A DNA stretch of 37,067 nt, from positions 64,870,258 to 64,907,324 of the forward strand of contig NC_068985.1 of assembly GCF_001194135.2 (NCBI RefSeq). Direction: 5' to 3'. Below, piece after piece: positions 34,257-37,067 of this stretch. The stretch's first letter is position 1. Every line of letters starts with the position of its first letter. Both the position numbers and the translations under genes were made by a program. Below the pieces are notes generated by a model. It did not search any database. It saw nothing but the letters and a program-made list of their open reading frames with translations, and was not told the origin of the DNA. Origin of the DNA: Octopus bimaculoides. Taxonomy: Eukaryota.

Positions 34257-35902
34257 ATTTAGAGAAAAAGTCCACAATTCTTAAATTCATCCATGAAAAT
34301 CTAGTCACATATAGAAACATTTAATAAGTAAATACACTAAAAAGACCTATAATAAAAGTACAAAATAATAAAACGACTACACATGATTCATTACCACATT
34401 TTCAAATAGAAAATAAAATAAAAATCAAATTGATTCAAAATAAAAATGTTTGAAAATCAGTTCTATTCAAAAATATAGCTATGTTCTCCTGGGGCTAAAA
34501 GCAACAGTAACATCCACCCTTTGGGGTCAGTCACATTTAAGTGGCAATATACTTCACCTTGTCGTGCAGTTACTGTTAATACCTCGTTCAGAGATTTAAC
34601 ATTGCTTGTTTTCACTTTTTCGAGATCAGTGAATAATTTCACTGGAAAAAGGATATATGTATTTGCATCGGGAACATTTTTCGCATCGAAGGTCGGCAAT
34701 TGTCATACGCTGAGGACGGGTAAATATCCAGAAACTCGAGTCCGTACGTATCACAGATCAAGATGGGAAGGATGACTTCGCTTTGCAAATACAGACAGGA
34801 CACAGATGTGTGTCAATAGCCAGCTGGAGGAGATGTTCTCCTGGGGCTAAAAGCAACAGTAACATCCACCCTTTGGGGTCAGCCATATTTAAGTGGCAAA
34901 TATACTTCACCTTGTCATGCAGTTACTGTTAATACCTCGTTCAGAGATTTAACATTGCTTGTTTTCACTTTTTCGAGATCAGTGAATAATTTCATTGGAA
35001 AAAGGATATATGTATTTGCATCGGGACATTTTTCACATTGAAGGTCGGCGATTGTCGTACACTGAGGATGGGTAAATACCTTGAAACTCGAGTCTGTACG
35101 TATCGCAGATCAAGATGGGAAGGATGACTTCCCTTTGCAAATACAGACAGGACACAGATGTGTGTCAATAGCCAGCTGGAGGAGATGTTCTCCTGGGGCT
35201 AAAAGCAATAGTAGCATCCACCCTTTGGGGTCAACCACATTTAAGTGGCAAATATACTTCACCTTGTTGTGCAGTTACTATTAATACCTCGTTCAGAGAT
35301 TTAACATTGTTTATAATATAGTTTTTTTTTTATTATGATTTAAGCTATAATACATTTTGATTTTATAAATAAAATTTTCATTCATGATTTTATAAATAAA
35401 ACTTTCATTCATGTTTATATATCTATTTATTCTATTACTTTTCTTTACACCATATTTTCACACGACTTAATTCTAATAAATGCTAAGTTAATAGTATAAT
35501 GTTTAAAAGTTTAGTTTAAACTAAAGCTTCGATAAGATAAGTATTGCATTTATTTTCAGTAATATTGTTAAATGTTTTTCTTCTATTTATTGGTAAAATA
35601 AGTATTTTTATATAAATTCATTTGTTATTTATTGTTAGTTGATATATATACATTCATTTTATTATTATTATTATTATTGTATTTTGACCCAAAGATTAGC
35701 TATATTTTTGATTAGAATTGATTTTCAATCGATTTATTTTGAATCGATTTNNNNNNNNNNGGTTATGAAACATGTGTAGTCGTTTAATTACTTTGTATTT
35801 TTTATTATAGTTTTTTTTAGTGTATTTACTTATTAAATTTTTCTATGTGTGACTGTGGATTTTCATGGATGAATTCAAAAATTGTGGTCTTTTTCTCTAA
35901 AT
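34257..35902. mobile_element. Long-TIR (foldback/MITE-like) non-autonomous element
   Basis: 34257-34481 is the reverse complement of 35697-35902 along its length (ATTTAGAGAAAAAG...TTCATCCATGAAAATC...AATAAGTAAATACACTAAAAA...AAACGACTACACATG...TCAAAAATATAGCTA). Confidence 0.85.
34481..35309. repeat. Tandem repeat, 352-bp unit, about 2.35 copies
   Basis: ATGTTCTCCTGGGGCTAAAAGCAA starts at 34481, 34833 and 35185. Confidence 0.97.
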
Positions 35903-36011
35903 CATATATTATATATTGTGAAATTTAATTTAATTTCATTTTGATAAGTTAAATTAAATTGAATTTTCACCTGTAAATTTGGATTTTTATCCCTAATATT
36001 ATTATCATAAT

Positions 36012-36017
<6 letters not shown>

Positions 36018-36048
<31 letters not shown>
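36018..36048. repeat. (TA)n microsatellite
   Basis: Visible directly in the sequence. Confidence 0.95.
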
Positions 36049-36053
<5 letters not shown>

Positions 36054-36190
36054 AATAAGAAAATGGAGAGGATATACAATCGACAAACATCAGCCAGTAA
36101 ACATTCAATTATATTTATTTATTAAATGATTATAAACGTGTGAGTGATACAAATTAATGATTGAAATAAGTCAATAACTGCATAAACAGA

Positions 36191-36226
<36 letters not shown>

Positions 36227-36284
36227 TGTTGACTGAACACTATTCAATTTTTTTTCTCCGTGTTTTTTCTCCTTGTCTCCGTAT

Positions 36285-36321
36285 TCTTTCTGTTGAAGAG
36301 CGGAGCTCGAAACGTCAGAGA
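36285..36321 (+). ncRNA. Minimal type-I hammerhead-ribozyme-like motif (Penelope pLTR-type) with variant core
   Basis: TCTTT-CTGTTGA-A-GAGC-GGA-GCTC-GAA-ACGT-C-AGAGA gives stem I TCTTT/AGAGA, stem II GAGC/GCTC, a palindromic ACGT stem III and a GUC site ending at 36316. Confidence 0.55.
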
Positions 36322-36932
36322 CTTTCCGTATTCCCGAGCGTCATACTAATATATACTTTTGTTATTTACACCACCTGTCCTCGTCTGTTGTTCACTATCT
36401 ATCTGTTTCTCTCCATGTAATTCAATTGAACTCAGTTTTTGTCTTAAATTCATACTTATTCATTTTCCTTACTCTATTCAAAATTTTATCGCTCCTTCCT
36501 TTAAAATTACGATCTAAGCTTAGCCATCTTTCCTTTGTNNNNNNNNNNTTCCTTACTCTATTCAAAATTTTATCGCTCCTTCCTTTAAAATTACGATCTA
36601 AGCTTAGCCATCTTTCCTTTGTACAAAGGCTTCCTAAATTCATGCTATTTATTTATTCTATTTACTTAAGTTTTATCACTCCTTTTAAAATTACGATTTA
36701 AGCGTTGCTGTCTCTCAAATATTTAGAACCTACGATTAAGAAGTCTCTCTCCTGGCTGGAGGTACACACGCCCTCTCACCCTCTCCACCGGAAGTTCATT
36801 CCTCTGTCATCCTCTGTCATCCTTGGCTGTCTCCCGGAACCCGTTTAGTGGCCTCACACCATCCCCTCCCCTACCTTTGGGTAGCGCATAAAGTTTGTGT
36901 AATGTTTGCAGGTTGTAGGTACTGTTTTGCTT

Positions 36933-37067
36933 ATGAATTCTGCCAATTGCAAGCTTTCTTTTCAGGTACACGACACTGCTTTTCCCTTTCCCAGGCCACA
37001 GGCCCACACCCCCAACACCCACACTGTTAGGATTGGCACTCTCAACGTCGGCACGCTGAAAGGTAGG
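36933..37067 (+). CDS. Start of an RTE LINE ORF (APE N-terminus), running off the window
   Basis: ATG at 36933 is open to the window end: MNSANCKLSFQVHDTAFPFPRPQAHTPNTHTVRIGTLNVGTLKGR, containing the APE motif RIGT.NVGT. Confidence 0.8.
   Translation, partial: MNSANCKLSFQVHDTAFPFPRPQAHTPNTHTVRIGTLNVGTLKGR

Noticed and set aside
33872-35309. Repeat arrays as CRISPR-like
   Set aside because: The context is eukaryotic, the units are contiguous with no unique spacers, and there are no cas genes.
36465-36622. Exact 74-bp direct repeat (36465-36538 and 36549-36622)
   Set aside because: Same 10-N gap overlap artefact.
27151-36965. Shared TCTTTTCAG about 60 nt before the APE motif in two RTEs, suggesting an intron-containing LINE
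   Set aside because: An in-frame ATG at 36933 reads through it (LSFQ), and the other copy also encodes SFQ. It is homologous coding sequence, and no splicing is needed.

Overview
Eukaryotic, AT-rich, repeat-dense genomic window with five N-gaps (476-756, 5952-6216, 10104-10113, 10585-11351, 35751-35760, plus 36539-36548). The SINE, RTE and microsatellite content resembles octopus/cephalopod DNA (inference). The only host gene I can support is a + strand HORMA-domain meiotic gene (HORMAD1/Hop1-like). Four internal exons (15489-15550, 24031-24182, 24277-24377 and an 11-nt microexon at 24679-24689) splice in frame into 108 aa of HORMA domain. The rest is mostly transposon debris: mariner copies, Penelope-like GIY-YIG fragments, a HERO/R2-like 3' end, a ~6.1-kb Tx1/L1-like element, a piggyBac remnant, a Gypsy integrase tail, RTE LINEs and tRNA-derived SINEs. 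Main leads: (1) the Tx1-like element sits inside a SINE head with a perfect 16-bp target duplication; (2) a long-TIR foldback-like element encloses 352-bp tandem repeats; (3) the HORMAD1 microexon and a candidate poison exon; (4) a minimal hammerhead-ribozyme motif with a variant core; (5) a PHD finger inside an RTE ORF. All calls were made by eye from translation and remembered family motifs. No database search was run, and most TE boundaries are approximate.
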